Notes under the pieces: model-generated | What the model was told of the DNA's origin: nothing | What the model saw: the letters and a program-made list of their open reading frames with translations, nothing else | Database searches by the model: none | Made by a program: the position numbers and the translations under genes | NCBI RefSeq assembly: GCF_009914755.1 | Contig: NC_060938.1 | Origin: the human T2T-CHM13v2.0 reference genome, Homo sapiens | Strand: one strand, 5' to 3' | DNA length: 64,000 nucleotides | Part shown: piece by piece, positions 52,590 to 64,000 of the stretch | How positions within the stretch are numbered: position 1 is the stretch's first letter | Layout of the letters: every line of letters begins with the position of its first letter

Positions 52590-53013
52590 TGTATTAGTGT
52601 ACTAGGGCTGCCATTACAAAGCTTAAGTGAAGTGGCTTAAACATAGAAACTTATTCTCACGGTGCTGGAGGCTAGAAGTCCAAGATCAAGGGATCTGTGG
52701 GCCATGCTCCCTCTGAAGGCACTAGGGAAGGCTCTGTTCCAGACCTCCCTCCCCTGTACCTCCCTCCTTGGCTTGTGGCCACAGACTCGGATCTTCACAT
52801 GCAGTGCTCCCTGAGTGTGTGTGTCTGGTCCAATGTTCCCTTGTTATAAGGACACCACTCGTATTGGATTAGGGCCCATCCTAGTGACCCATTTTAACTT
52901 AATTACTTCCAGAAAGACCCTATCTGTAAAAAGGGTCACATTCTGAGGTACTGGGGGTTCAACATATGAATTTTGCGGGGGTGGGGGGAGGGTACACAAT
53001 TCAAGCCATAACA
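52590..53013 (-). mobile_element. MLT1B/C solo LTR
   Basis: tgtattag...ggaggctagaagtccaagatcaagg...aaggacaccactcgtattggattagggccca...ccataaca; near TSD gagag/gatag. Confidence 0.85.
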
Positions 53014-54066
53014 GATAGTGAGAAACACAACAGAAGGAGCTCCCTGCACCTGCTGTGACCTTTGCTTCCAGCTCCCCACCCAGGGTGAAGCAACTGCTGT
53101 CAATACTTTGGAGGCCACGATTCCGACTTTCCTATGCTTACACATCCCTTGATTACATACCCTCACATGCCATGTGTGAAGAGAGAAAAATCAAGAAAAA
53201 GGATAAACCTACAAACATGGAAAATAGAGAAATCCCTGAAAACACAAAGCCTTAATGTCCAGGTTCTTATTCTTAGTTTGCCGATTTGTTGATTTGCCTT
53301 TATTTTGTGATGGGCTCTGTCTCAGATGTGATTCTGAGGCACGGGGTAGGACAGTGGGCAGCCTGGAGGGTTCTAGACCTGCTGGTCTCTTCTGTGTGAG
53401 CCTCTCTGAGGGTGAGGCTGATTAGAATCTGCTGATTGCTGCTGCGGCAGAGAGAGGAGGACAGCCAGCCTCGCACCTCCGCATTTGCACAACCTGGAGT
53501 CCCAAAGCTTCTCCCTGCAGGTATGCCTTAGGGAGGAGCGGAAGGTGGAGGTTCCATGTCCTAATCAGGGCCCGAGACTGAGGGACGCCTCTTCTTCTTC
53601 ACAGACAAGTGGGAGCTGGACTCTGACAGAATATCAAAGTGAAAATTAATGCCCGCTGCTTGTATATTGCCTAGACGTTACTTTTGAGAGGAAAACAACA
53701 GGAGCAGAGCGAAGCTGTACATATGTTAAATTCACATCAGTAATAAAGATTAAGTAGAAGTTAATAGCATCCCAGTCATGCTTGTGGAGGTAATCTCCTT
53801 TCTGAAAATTCAAAATTAGATTTGGAGGATCGAAGCAAACAGGGGGTGAGACTTTGGCGTAATATTTTAATCAAATTGTCATGAATGAGTGGATACAATT
53901 AAGAATTCTGTCAGTCAAAGTGCTGAGGCCCTTTTGTTAGTCAGCGGTGGGAGGGGTGCGCTGGGCCGTGGTGGGGAGAGATTAAACTTGACCTTTCCTA
54001 GGGTCTTCATTTTTGACCCTGAGGCTGGGCTTTGCCTGTCAGATGGCTGTTTTTTTTTAAAAAAAG

Positions 54067-54330
54067 TATGTGTGTGTGCATGAATGTGTATACCTGTGCA
54101 TGTGTGCGTGCACTCAGGCATGTGTATACATGTGTATACATGTAGTTGCAAGAGTGTATGTGTGCGCTTGCATGTGTGTGCATATGTGCATGTATGTATG
54201 TTTGCATGGTGTATGCAGATGTGCATGTGAACGTATGAGGCCATGCATGTGTCCGTGTGTGTGTACAAGGCAGCTGTGTATTGTGCTATTGTGCACGTGT
54301 GCACACATATGCATATGTGTGTGTGTGTGC
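54067..54330. repeat. Degenerate alternating purine-pyrimidine (TG/CA/TA)n tract
   Basis: Read directly. Confidence 0.9.
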
Positions 54331-55199
54331 AAGGCAGTGAGAAAGAAGGAATTCGGGGCAAACAAAGGATTCGTGCTGTGTCACTTGTGGCAAATTCTGT
54401 CCATAAGTACTCTTTTAAATCTCACTCCTTCCCTTTCCTTTGTAGCTAAAGACAGGTGTTTTGGGGGCAAATATTCACGTGCATAGGATGTGTCCACCTG
54501 AGATAGCTCCATGCAGATAGCTACACTAATACCGTCCAAGGCCATATGCAAAGGGTAATGTAATTGACATCAATGAATGAGTGAATGACTGCATGTATTT
54601 GCTAACTTTGACTATAATGTCGTTTTGCAATCAGTGTAACTCCTGAACCAAGTTGCATGCCCTGCCATCTCTTCTCTTAAGGCTCTGTACTTTTCAAGAC
54701 CTGCTTTTTGTAACCCCATTTTTAACGGTTGAGATACCAGACAATGTTTACTCTTTCTCTCTTTCTACCACTCTCTCGTCACCATCCCTTCTCCCGCATG
54801 ACATTGATTTATTTTTAATTTTGATCCATGGGTAGTGGGGTTGTAGAGAAAGATGCTGGCAAAAATATCTTTCTGTTTCCCTTCTGCAGCTATAGTCTGC
54901 CATGTAGGTGGATCTTATTTATCAATGATTATAAATCAATAAGGACAATGCAGAATAGCGGGATGAGCCAGGCTTCCCAAGCCTCTGGAATTACAGACTT
55001 CAACATGCATGAATGCAACGTGTCTGATGTGGAATTTATTATTTTAAGCAGATTCAAGTAGATTTGAGGTTCTTTTTTAAAAAACTTATTTCCTCCAAGG
55101 CGGTAGCTGCTACTGCTACTCCATCTTCCCTCTTCAAACCCTGTGTTTGGGAAATAGACAAATGCCTTCAACATAAGATGACAATATGTAATCAGTGTC

Positions 55200-55830
55200 C
55201 CTGCGGTTTATTTTACCTTTTGTTGTAGAAGAGAATAAAGTCAGAGGAACTTAACGTTACTCCCTCCACTTGGGTGAACATTTAGAGGCCGAAGGACCTA
55301 ATTATTTTTTAACACTGCCGTTAGTGCATTTGCCTGGGGAATTATTTCAAATCAACTGACAGACCTATTGTGCTTGTGACATCACAACAACTGGCTTTTT
55401 ACACTGAAAACAAGCCTTCTGTTAATTCAGCAATAACACACCCTGCACGCAAAAATTGCATTAGCAACGTCTAACCCGAGTGTTGAACACATTCAGAAAT
55501 AAACACTATTGCACTACAGGGGTTGAAAGGGAATATGCATCAAAATGCCTGGCATTTAATATTTTCCCCCTTCTTCGGGAATTTAGCCGGTGAAATATAG
55601 CTGCCAGTGTCCCAGGTCTGCGCGCGCGCTCCTGCAATATGCTCTCGATCAATCAGATTTGCATAACTAAACTGTCTGCGAGCCCGCTCGGCTGCCCAGG
55701 TGCAAGGCCATTTGCATATAGAACAGTGAGGAGGTCCCAGGAGTCACTTCAGACCGGAGCGACTGCTGAGCCCGCAGTCCACACAGCCCAGGAAATGAAA
55801 TTGCAATGACAAAAAAAATGGGAGTGCTCG
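55200..55830. promoter_or_regulatory. Candidate enhancer with two octamer motifs, a PBX-type site and local CpG retention
   Basis: ATTTGCAT at 55657-55664 and 55710-55717; ATCAATCA at 55648-55655; (GC)5 at 55620-55629; no recognisable repeat. Confidence 0.55.
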
Positions 55831-56495
55831 CCTAGGAAGGGTGAAATATGCAGGCACGTTGCAAAGGTTATGTAGAGATTACCAGGCGGCAGTTTCCAGA
55901 TGCAGAAAGACCCACTGGTGTCCAAGGCAGAGGTGCCACAGGGTGGACGACAGTGCAAGGCGAGGCCCCTGGGAGGGCTCCTCTCACCTGCCGGAGTCTC
56001 CTTGAACCTGTAGAGCGATTTTGGGACTTCCAGGGCCTCTCCTTACGTGTAAAGACTTCCCAGGCCTGATCCCTTTGCAAGACAGGCTTACCAAAGGGAA
56101 GTGGGGTCTGGCACCGTGTCCTCCAAATAGCAGGGGCTCATCCTGCTTCTTGGCCTTGTAGAATGAACTGCTTTTTAAGTGCCAAGTCCCCTGGGCTGAG
56201 TGCTGTGGGTCATAAGGTTACCCCACCTTATACTAACCCTACAAAGTGGGGCTGTCATCATCCATGTTTTCTGGAATGCTCAGAGAGAGCAAGTCTCTGG
56301 TCCAGGGTCACACTGCCAGAAAGTTGGTGGAGCAGGGAGGGAATCCCAGAAGTGCAGGGAAGACCAGCGGATTATTCAACGTCAGCCAGCACATCAGTAA
56401 TGGGCAAGCACTTTGATTTCCTGGTTCCCAGCCAGGACTTGATCTACTAGTCCTTCCTTCTGTAAGGGCCAGAGAGTAAACACCAGGCTTTGCGG

Positions 56496-56781
56496 CAGGG
56501 CCACGTCTTGACTTTTGTGGGTCCTTGGCACTTTTACCTTCTTGAGTCCCTTTCTTGGTAAGAAAATATAAAAAATATTACAACATATTATACAATTTTT
56601 ACAATATTTTGTCTATTTACAATAAAGACAAAGATAGCCTAGGTTGGATTTCTTATTATTATATTCATGTTTTTCTTCCTATTTTAAAGTAAATTAGAAT
56701 TAAAACATTTTTGTGAGCCCCTAAAAGTAACTGAGGCCTGAGGCACTGTGTCTGGTGGGCCCAGTGGAGTGCTAGGCCCTG
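56496..56781 (-). mobile_element. MER96B-like hAT MITE
   Basis: Terminal inverted repeats CAGGGCC...GGCCCTG; aaaacatttttgtgagcccctaaaagt. Confidence 0.65.
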
Positions 56782-58992
56782 CTTGTCTGGCAACCTGCTC
56801 TCCCCTTTTCCTACCCATCTCTGCCGCTATATGGCAACAGCTGTCCTGGATGGTATAGGAATGAACATGTGGACTGTGTTCCCGTCAGACCTTATTGATG
56901 GACACAGCAATAGGAATTTCCTATAATTTTCAGGGGTCACAAAGGCTTCTTCTGAGTTCTTTTCCACCCATGTACAAATCATTCTTTGCTCAAGGACCTT
57001 GGAACTATGCCATGTAGGTTTCCTGGGCAAAGCCTCCCCTGACGTTGGACTTGGTAACATGAGAAACAAGTTCTAGGCATATCTGCTGAGAAATAATATT
57101 TTATTTTTCCTTTATCCATTAGGGATGGCCCCATTTTGAGGGAGCTGTCCCTTTGCCCACCAAGTGCTAATGACACAGAGAATTGTGCTGTCTCCCAGGC
57201 CTGGGGCTGAGGAGGCTGAAAGCAATGAACAGCACCCCCATCCCCTCCAGCGTTTTTCTCCACCTCTGGTAGAAAATTGTAAGGGAAGTTCTGTCTTTGT
57301 CATCCTCATTTCAATGCATATGAATAGGCAAGCGCTTCAGGTAAAGGAAAGGACACTCTCTCTGCGCCTTCTCCCCTGGCACTTCAGGGGAGTGTGTGGG
57401 GTGGGGGGGATCAGGTCACTGTCCCTCTTGGTTTGAATGTCTCTTGTCAAGTTGGCAGCATTCTGTGTGGTTCCCATGGCAACAGCTTTTTGTGTAGGGG
57501 GGAAGGGTCATGCACTGTGACCTCGGTGGAAAGGACAATGACAGCATGCCCGTCTTTCAGTGTTTTTGCCTCTCCTGATGGATTTGAGTCCAACCTTGAA
57601 ACTGGGTGAATACAGGGCAAAGAACATGAAACACAACCATGGGGCGTCTGATCACGGGGCCGGGGAGTGCTGGACTTGGCCTTTGTTTACTGGGGAACAG
57701 GATGAGCAGCCCAGGCCACGAGCTCCATACGTGGGCTGCCGGCATCTTGAGTTGTAGTTGAGCACATTGGACCTCACAGCTGGTTCCCAGCTAATCTGGT
57801 TCCTGGTTAACTGCCTGGTCTGGGTGAGTGTTGCTGACAAGCTGTGGCAGAGCTTCCAAGAAGCCCCATCTGAAAATGGAGGCAGGGAAGACCCTTCTGC
57901 CTCTGGTCCTTATTTCTTACCTAACTACTGCAGGGTCTTGTTCCTCTCGGGGTCTCGGCTTGTCTTCTGGGGTAGCTTCCTTTTCTCTGGTGATCTGAAG
58001 GCAGCTATTACCACCAGGTACTCACAGTGTTCTGACTTTGTGCCCCAAATCTCCACGGAGCCAAGCATCCATCTACTCAAAAGCTGCTTGCTGAGGGCCT
58101 AGAGGGTGGATGCTGGAGGTACAAGATGCAGAAAACAGAGCCAGTCGCTGCCCTTGTGGGCTTAAGGCTGGTGATAGAGATAGGCATTAAGCAAACACCT
58201 TATGAATATATACTTATCAATAGTGGTAAGTGCTAGTTATGTTCTGCCATTTTAAGAACTTAGTCAGTGCCTGTGTGTGGCCAGACAGGGTGCAAAGAGC
58301 TGGGAATCCAAAGATAAAGAAGACACAGACCCTCTCTAAAGGGAGAAATGATTATGCAATAAACATTCTGACTGACTTGGTGTAAAAGAAAGCACGTTCC
58401 CCCTGGCTCCTCCCAGGATGACCCAGCTTCTCATGTGGGTTCTGCACTTCCTAGATGAGTTTTCTCTAAGCTAGAGAAAACTCCCCTCAACCCTAGAGGG
58501 GAGTAATATGGCCTGCCTCTAGGTAAGGATGAAACAGCATAGGGCACTCTTAGCACAGTGCCCAGCAGGGAGGAAGTGCTCAGAACTGGTGGCAATCATG
58601 GTTCTCATAACAGAAAAGGTCGAGGGCACAGGGCACCATGGAAAGGACACCAACTTGGCATCAGGAGATTGTCACATGACCGTTTACCATCAAGGCACTT
58701 AGCTTCTCAGATCCCAGTGGCTTCCATTTGCAATGTATTTGGGTTCAATTGGGGGCAAGAAAGGTAATTGTATCTTTTTGGGGGTGACCCATTTTCAGCA
58801 CCAAGATTCTGGTTTCCTTTGCCCAGGGTGCTTAAGCATTGTGCTTGAAATAGCCCCGTTCTCTCTGTTGTGTTTGTGCTGTGGAAGTGGCACAAACTCC
58901 TGCTTCCTGAGACTCCTGAGGGGAAATGGGAGGTGAGAGGACAGGAGGACAGGTGTGACAGGGGCAGGGCGATAGAAGAAGTGCAGGATGAG

Positions 58993-59115
58993 TCCTCCCT
59001 CCCTTCTTCCCTCTTTCTTCTCTTTCCTTCTTTTCTTTTTCTTTTTTCCTCCTTTGTCCCTCCCTCTTCCCTCTCTCCCTCCCTCCCTCCTTCCTTCTTT
59101 CCCTCCTTCCTTCCA
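58993..59115. repeat. Polypyrimidine low-complexity tract
   Basis: Read directly. Confidence 0.9.
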
Positions 59116-59260
59116 TGAATAGTTTCCATCATGGACTCATCACTTTTTTGGGTGCTGGGGATTCCTGTACCTATATCTGGCTTGGCCTATAGTATGTGCT
59201 CAATAAATATTTGATAAGCAAACCAGTGAATGCACCAATAAAACAATGCTTACTTTGAAG

Positions 59261-59362
59261 CAGTGCTTCTCTATGCTGGCTGCATATCAGAATCACCAAG
59301 GGAGCTTTAACAGTATCCATGCCTGGGACCCACCCCAGACTAAGTGAATCCACATCTCAGGG
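59261..59362. mobile_element. MER5A-like hAT fragment
   Basis: cagtgcttctc...ggctgcatatcagaatcacc...atgcctgggacccaccccaga. Confidence 0.75.
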
Positions 59363-60210
59363 TAAGGGAAGTACCTCTGCTATAATAGAAGCAGCAAATG
59401 GCAAAGGGCATGTTGAATGGTCAGTTGGCCAGCTGATAGGGCAGAAGCTCAGGGGGCTCCAGCCCTGTAGTCCTTGGTTCACTTTCCACTTTCCCAAGGC
59501 CATGGTAATTGTTTTGACATTGAGGATAACTGGAGAGTTCAGGGTGAGATGCTGGAGCCCATCACTTCTTTTACAAGGCAATTTTACCAAGAAGTCAGGT
59601 TGAGATGGCAAAGAAGGTAATGGGGGCTGAGAAGAAATTCTTACATCTGCTTAGAGCTTCACTCTTACTGAATATTAATACACAAACCTACTTTAACTGT
59701 GAGATCTCCTTGGAAGAATTACTGTGCCCATTTTGCAGATGGGAAGCTGAGGTGCAAGTTATTGCACGACCGCTCTGATGTCACTCAGATACAAAGGAGC
59801 ACAACCAGGGTTCAGACCAAGAACTTCTGCTTTCAAGCACCTGACTACAGATGTGCAACTTCTTTAACACAAAGAGGAAGGAGGCCAGATTTAACCCCAA
59901 TTCATAAGACTCCAAATCTATTCAAAGGAGGGAGAAGTTAATTCCTGATCCTCCTGGAGTTTAAAACTAGTTGATCACCCATCACCTTAACATACAAACC
60001 AAGACAGTTTGGGAATGAACTTTGAGCAGGACACCATGCCACTGAGGCTATAGAAGTTTAGAAAAGTGTAGTATGGGCTGGTGAAATCAAGGAAGGCTGC
60101 CTGAAGGAGGATGACTGAATTGGAAGTTGAACAATGAAAAGAATTCAGTGTAGACAGGATTGGGAGGAGGCCTTAACAGTGAGGGGATGTATGAACAAAG
60201 GGACAGATTT

Positions 60211-60547
60211 ATTTATTTATTTATATAATTTATTTTTTATTTCAATAGTTTTTTTGGGGGAGCAGGTGGTTTTTCAGTTCTGCATAAGTTCTTTAGTGGT
60301 AATTTCTAAGATTTTGGTGCACCCATCACCTGAGCAGTGTATACTGTACCCAACGTGTAGTCTTTTATCCTCCCCTCACCAAACCCCCAAAGCCCATTAT
60401 ATCATTCTTATGCCTTTGCATCCTCATAGCTTAGCTCCCACTTACAAGTGAGAGCATAAGATATTTGGTTTTCCATTCCCGAGTTACTTCACTTAGAATA
60501 ATGGTCTTCGACTCCATCCAGGTTGTTGCAAATGCCATTATTTCGTT
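60211..60547 (-). mobile_element. 5'-truncated L1PB-type insertion
   Basis: gattttggtgcacccatcacctgagcagtgta, cctttgcatcctcatagcttagctcccactta; TSD a(a/g)agggacagattt (60197-60210 / 60548-60561). Confidence 0.9.
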
Positions 60548-60574
60548 AGAGGGACAGATTTTTAAAAGACAGTT

Positions 60575-61050
60575 TTGTATACATTATGTATTGTATAACA
60601 GACCAACCCAAAATGCAGTGACTTAAAACGACATGCATTTATTCGGGCTCATGAGCCCATGGATCAGCTGGGCAGTTAGGCTGTCCTGGATCAGTCTTAA
60701 TTGATCTCATGGGCTGGGCTCCTCTGTGTTTCTCTGGGGGGCTGGCTGTCTAGGAGATCCTCACTCGTGTCTGGTGTCTGGTTGGGGCGATGTCTCTATC
60801 ATCCACTAGGCTAGCCCTGGCTCATTCATTCAGCAGCTGACCAGCATTCTGAGAGAGAACAGAAGCACAAGGGCTTCCTGAAGCCTAGAAAGGGCACCCT
60901 ATCCTCTCCAGCTCATTCTAATGGTCAAGGCCTGCCCAGGTTCAAGTGGTGGTGTGATGGCCTCAACCTCTTGGTAAGAGAAGCTGTGAAGTCTCTTGCA
61001 GAGTGGAGTGGGTAGAGAGAGGGGGAATAATTAAGGCTATTTGTGCAAAT
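60575..61050 (-). mobile_element. Old MLT1 (G/H/I-like) LTR
   Basis: ccaaaatgcagtgacttaaaac...cctcttggtaagagaagctgtgaagtc. Confidence 0.6.
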
Positions 61051-61348
61051 AATTTTTTCTCTCTTTCTTCCTCCATCTCTCCTCTTTTCCTCCCTCTCTT
61101 TCTCCCTTTATCCATCTCTTCCTTTCTGCCATCCATGAATATTTCCTCTCTTCCTTCCATGAATATTTAATGGGCACCATTTGGGGCTCATCCCTGTGTT
61201 AGGAACTAGAGAGATGGAAGTAAATGGAACTTCAGCAGTCCCTGCCTCATGGAGCTTACATTCTGATGAGGCAAGACAAGTATGATCAAATAATCGCTAC
61301 ATGCTTGGTTGTATCCTATAGTAAATGCTATTTAAAAAATAAGTTAAA

Positions 61349-62012
61349 TCCAGCACTATTCACAATAGGCAAGCTATAGAATCAACCTAACTGTCCGTCA
61401 GTGGATATATGGATTTAAAAAAGTGATATGATATATGTATATGGGACCATGAATAACTTAGGGTCACTTTCATTGCATGTATACATTATACACACACGCA
61501 TGTATGCACAATGGAATACTATTCAGCCATGAAAAAGAATGAAGTCTTGTCATCAACATCAACATGGTTAGAATTGGAAGTCATTATATTAAATGAAATA
61601 AGCCAGGCACAGAAAGACAAATGATACATGTTCTCACTCATATGTAGGAACTAAAAAAGTGGATCTCATGTAGGTAGAGAGTTGATTGGTGGTAACCAGA
61701 GGCTGGGAAGGAAAGCGGGAGAAGGGGGATAAAGAGAGATTGGTTATTGGGTACAAACACGAAGTTAGCTAGAAGGAATTAGTTCTAGTGTTCGATAGCA
61801 CAGTAAGGCAACATTCTTTAACAATTATTTGTTCCATAGTTCAAAATAGCTGTGGGAGACAACCTGGAATGCTTCCAGCGTAAGTAAAAGGTGAATATTT
61901 GTGGTGATGATGCTGCAGTTGGCCTGATTTGATCATTACACATTGTATGCATGTGTCAAAATATCACATGTATCCCAAAATATATACAACTATTATGTAC
62001 CAATAACAAAAA
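61349..62012 (+). mobile_element. L1MA-type 3' end
   Basis: cagcactattcacaatag...aatggaatactattcagccat...atgttctcactcatatgtagg...atcacatgtatcccaaaa plus A tail. Confidence 0.88.
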
Positions 62013-62019
62013 GAAGTTC

Positions 62020-62622
62020 ACAACCATTGTGGAAAACAGTTTGTTGATTCTTCAATAAGTTATATATGGAGTTACCATATGACACAGCAATTTCATTTCT
62101 AGCTACATAACCCAAAGAATTGGAATCACGTACTCAAAAACGTGTCCCTGAAACAAATGTTTATTGCAGCCCCATTCATGACAGCCAAGAGGTGGAGAAA
62201 AACCCAAATATCCATCCACTGATGAAATAAAATGTGGTATATGCAAACAATAAAATAGTATTTAACCATAAAAAGGAATGAGGAACTGACGCATGCTACA
62301 ACATGGCCGAGCCTCGTGAGAACTTTATGTGACATGAGAGAAGTCAGTTACAAAGGCCACATATTGTGTGAACCCATTTATAGGAAATGCTCAGAAGAGG
62401 CAAATATGTGGAGACAGAAAGCAGATTGGTAGTTGCCAGGGGCTGGGATAGGGGGAGTGAGGAGTGGCTGCTAATGGGTATCCAGCTTCTTTTTGGGGTG
62501 ATGAAATGTTCTGGAACTGGATAGTGGTGATAATAACACAACATTGTCGATGTGCTAGAAAGCCACTGAATTGTACATTTCAAAACGGTTAAAGTGGGGA
62601 ATTTCACATTCTGTGGATTTTG
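62020..62622 (+). mobile_element. L1MB-type 3' end
   Basis: gagacagaaagcagattggtagttgccaggggctggg...ggggtgatgaaatgttctggaact...ccactgaattgtac. Confidence 0.88.
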
Positions 62623-62723
<101 letters not shown>

Positions 62724-62779
62724 AGTGCAGCGAGTTGGGGGAGCTGTGGCCAGCAGTCTGATGGGTCTGGGAGTCCGAA

Positions 62780-63700
62780 GGCTCGCGGAGGAGAGTGTGA
62801 TGTGGGGTCTGCTCCCAGAGCGCGCGCGCTGTGGCTCTTGGAAGGTGGGGCTCTGAGGACCGGGGTCCTGCGTGCATAGACCTGGAGCCCACCTTAAAGA
62901 CGCTGCTTCAGGGACGCTTCAACAAGCCCCAACCCACCCAACTGCGTGGCGCTCCCCGCCTTTGGGCGCCCTGTTAGGGTTGGGGGTGACCCCTGCAGCC
63001 CCTCATGTGCGAATCCAGGTTCTCCTCCCCTCCAGGCTGCTTCCTGCACAGCAGCACCGAGCAGCAGCCACCTCAGGGCCAGGGAGCCCGAGCTGCGGGA
63101 TCCGCCGCCCCGGGGCCGCAGCAGCTTCAGCTCCTTGGCGTCTGCGCCGGGGTCCTCGCGGCCGCCGCGAACCGCTCCTTCAGTTTCGCTATGCGGAGCG
63201 GGCGCGGGACCCCAGCAGGTGAGGGCCCAGGGCAGGTGCCTTCCCTCGCCCCGGCTCCCGCCCCAGCTCCTGGCCGGCCCAGCGCGTCCTGCTCCCGCTC
63301 TCGCCGTGCTCTCGGCGCTGCATGTCCCCGGGGCGCGGCGCAGCAGCTGGTGCCGCGGTGGGCATCTGTTCGGCCTCCTCTGTCCCCACGCGTGACCTGA
63401 TCGCTGCGACAGCGGAATCCCACGGTGCAGGCCCAGAGCTGCGCCGAGAGCCGCGCGTCCAGCTCCTCCCGGGCCTGGGTTTAGGGTCCACAGCTCTTGC
63501 CAAATTCCAGAGGCTGGAAGGGACGCGAAGTTCTTCGTGACCCCAGCTTCTCAGGCAGCGCAGAGGACTCAGAAACTCTGCTGCAGCCCCGGAACGGGCC
63601 GAGGGCACCCACCCCGGCGGGGAGAAGGGCCGCTGGTGGTCTCTGCATCGCCTCTCTCGACCCAGACTCCTGTCTCTGTCCGAGATGTCCCAAAGTGGCC
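62780..63700. promoter_or_regulatory. CpG island / probable promoter
   Basis: Abrupt rise in GC and CpG density (gcggccgccgcg, gagcgggcgcggg, gcgcggcgc) against a CpG-depleted background. Confidence 0.88.
63040..63218 (+). other. Candidate first exon of an unidentified + strand gene (5' boundary approximate)
   Basis: Strong donor CAG|GTGAGG after 63218 inside the CpG island; ATG at 63191 (G at -3) gives MRSGRGTPA before the donor. Confidence 0.5.
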
Positions 63701-64000
63701 AGTTATTATCTGCAACACGGGTGCCTGCTTCAGGCCTAATGGGAAAGGGCTCAGCGGGCATGTTAATGGCTGGATATGTGACTGCTGCTGTGGTCGCCCC
63801 TAGGCCCAGCCCCAGCTGGGTTGTTACCGGAATCAAAAGGACACAGAAGCCGTTTCTATCTCAGCTGTGATGGAACGTGATTCATCTCCCAAGGAGCGGT
63901 GGGCTGTTCTTTCTTGTGCTGGGCTCCTCACCCAGTTCTCTCTTCCCCCAGGGGCCGGGGACCCCTACCTTTTTTAAGAGTCCTCTCTGCAGACAGTTCC

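Noticed and set aside
53915-54486. His/Thr- and Cys/Val-rich ORFs
   Set aside because: Artefacts of the (TG/CA)n tract; the same applies to the 32178 and 34636-35021 ORFs over simple repeats
63048-63070. REST/RE1-like CAGCACC in the CpG island
   Set aside because: Only the left half-site is present; the GGACAG right half is missing at canonical spacing
62872-63870. Long ORFs on both strands in the CpG island, including the 215-aa minus-strand frame
   Set aside because: Expected from stop-codon scarcity in GC-rich DNA; low-complexity Arg/Gly/Pro/Ala content and no recognisable domain
62780-64000. Assigning a gene symbol to the CpG-island promoter
   Set aside because: No recognisable coding sequence in the window; any name would be a guess without a genome alignment

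Overview
Primate (probably human or great-ape) nuclear genomic DNA: CpG-depleted, with AluY/AluS/AluJ/FLAM SINEs, THE1A/THE1B and MLT1 MaLR LTRs, two ERV1 solo LTRs, L1/L2/L3/MIR fragments and hAT DNA-transposon fossils. I find no supportable protein-coding gene, structural RNA gene or CRISPR array; the supplied ORFs are mostly repeat-derived or chance frames. The window reads as about 62 kb of intergenic or intronic DNA ending in a CpG island (about 62.8-63.7 kb) with a candidate + strand first exon (donor CAG|GTGAGG after 63218). I cannot name the gene. Several repeat-poor blocks rich in homeodomain, POU, SOX or FOX motifs look like developmental enhancers; the strongest is 55.2-55.8 kb. I see no convincing novel biological system. 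The most notable details are: an 83-bp tandem duplication with a templated junction ending at a hairpin arm; a self-complementary (TC)n(AC)n(AG)n tract beside the CpG island; an AluY with a 12-bp deletion; a roughly 30-bp Alu-tail micro-insertion; a motif-switching pentanucleotide repeat; and a THE1B carrying a DUX4 motif. Repeat subfamily names come from recalled consensus sequences and need RepeatMasker/Dfam confirmation. Boundaries of old repeats are approximate.
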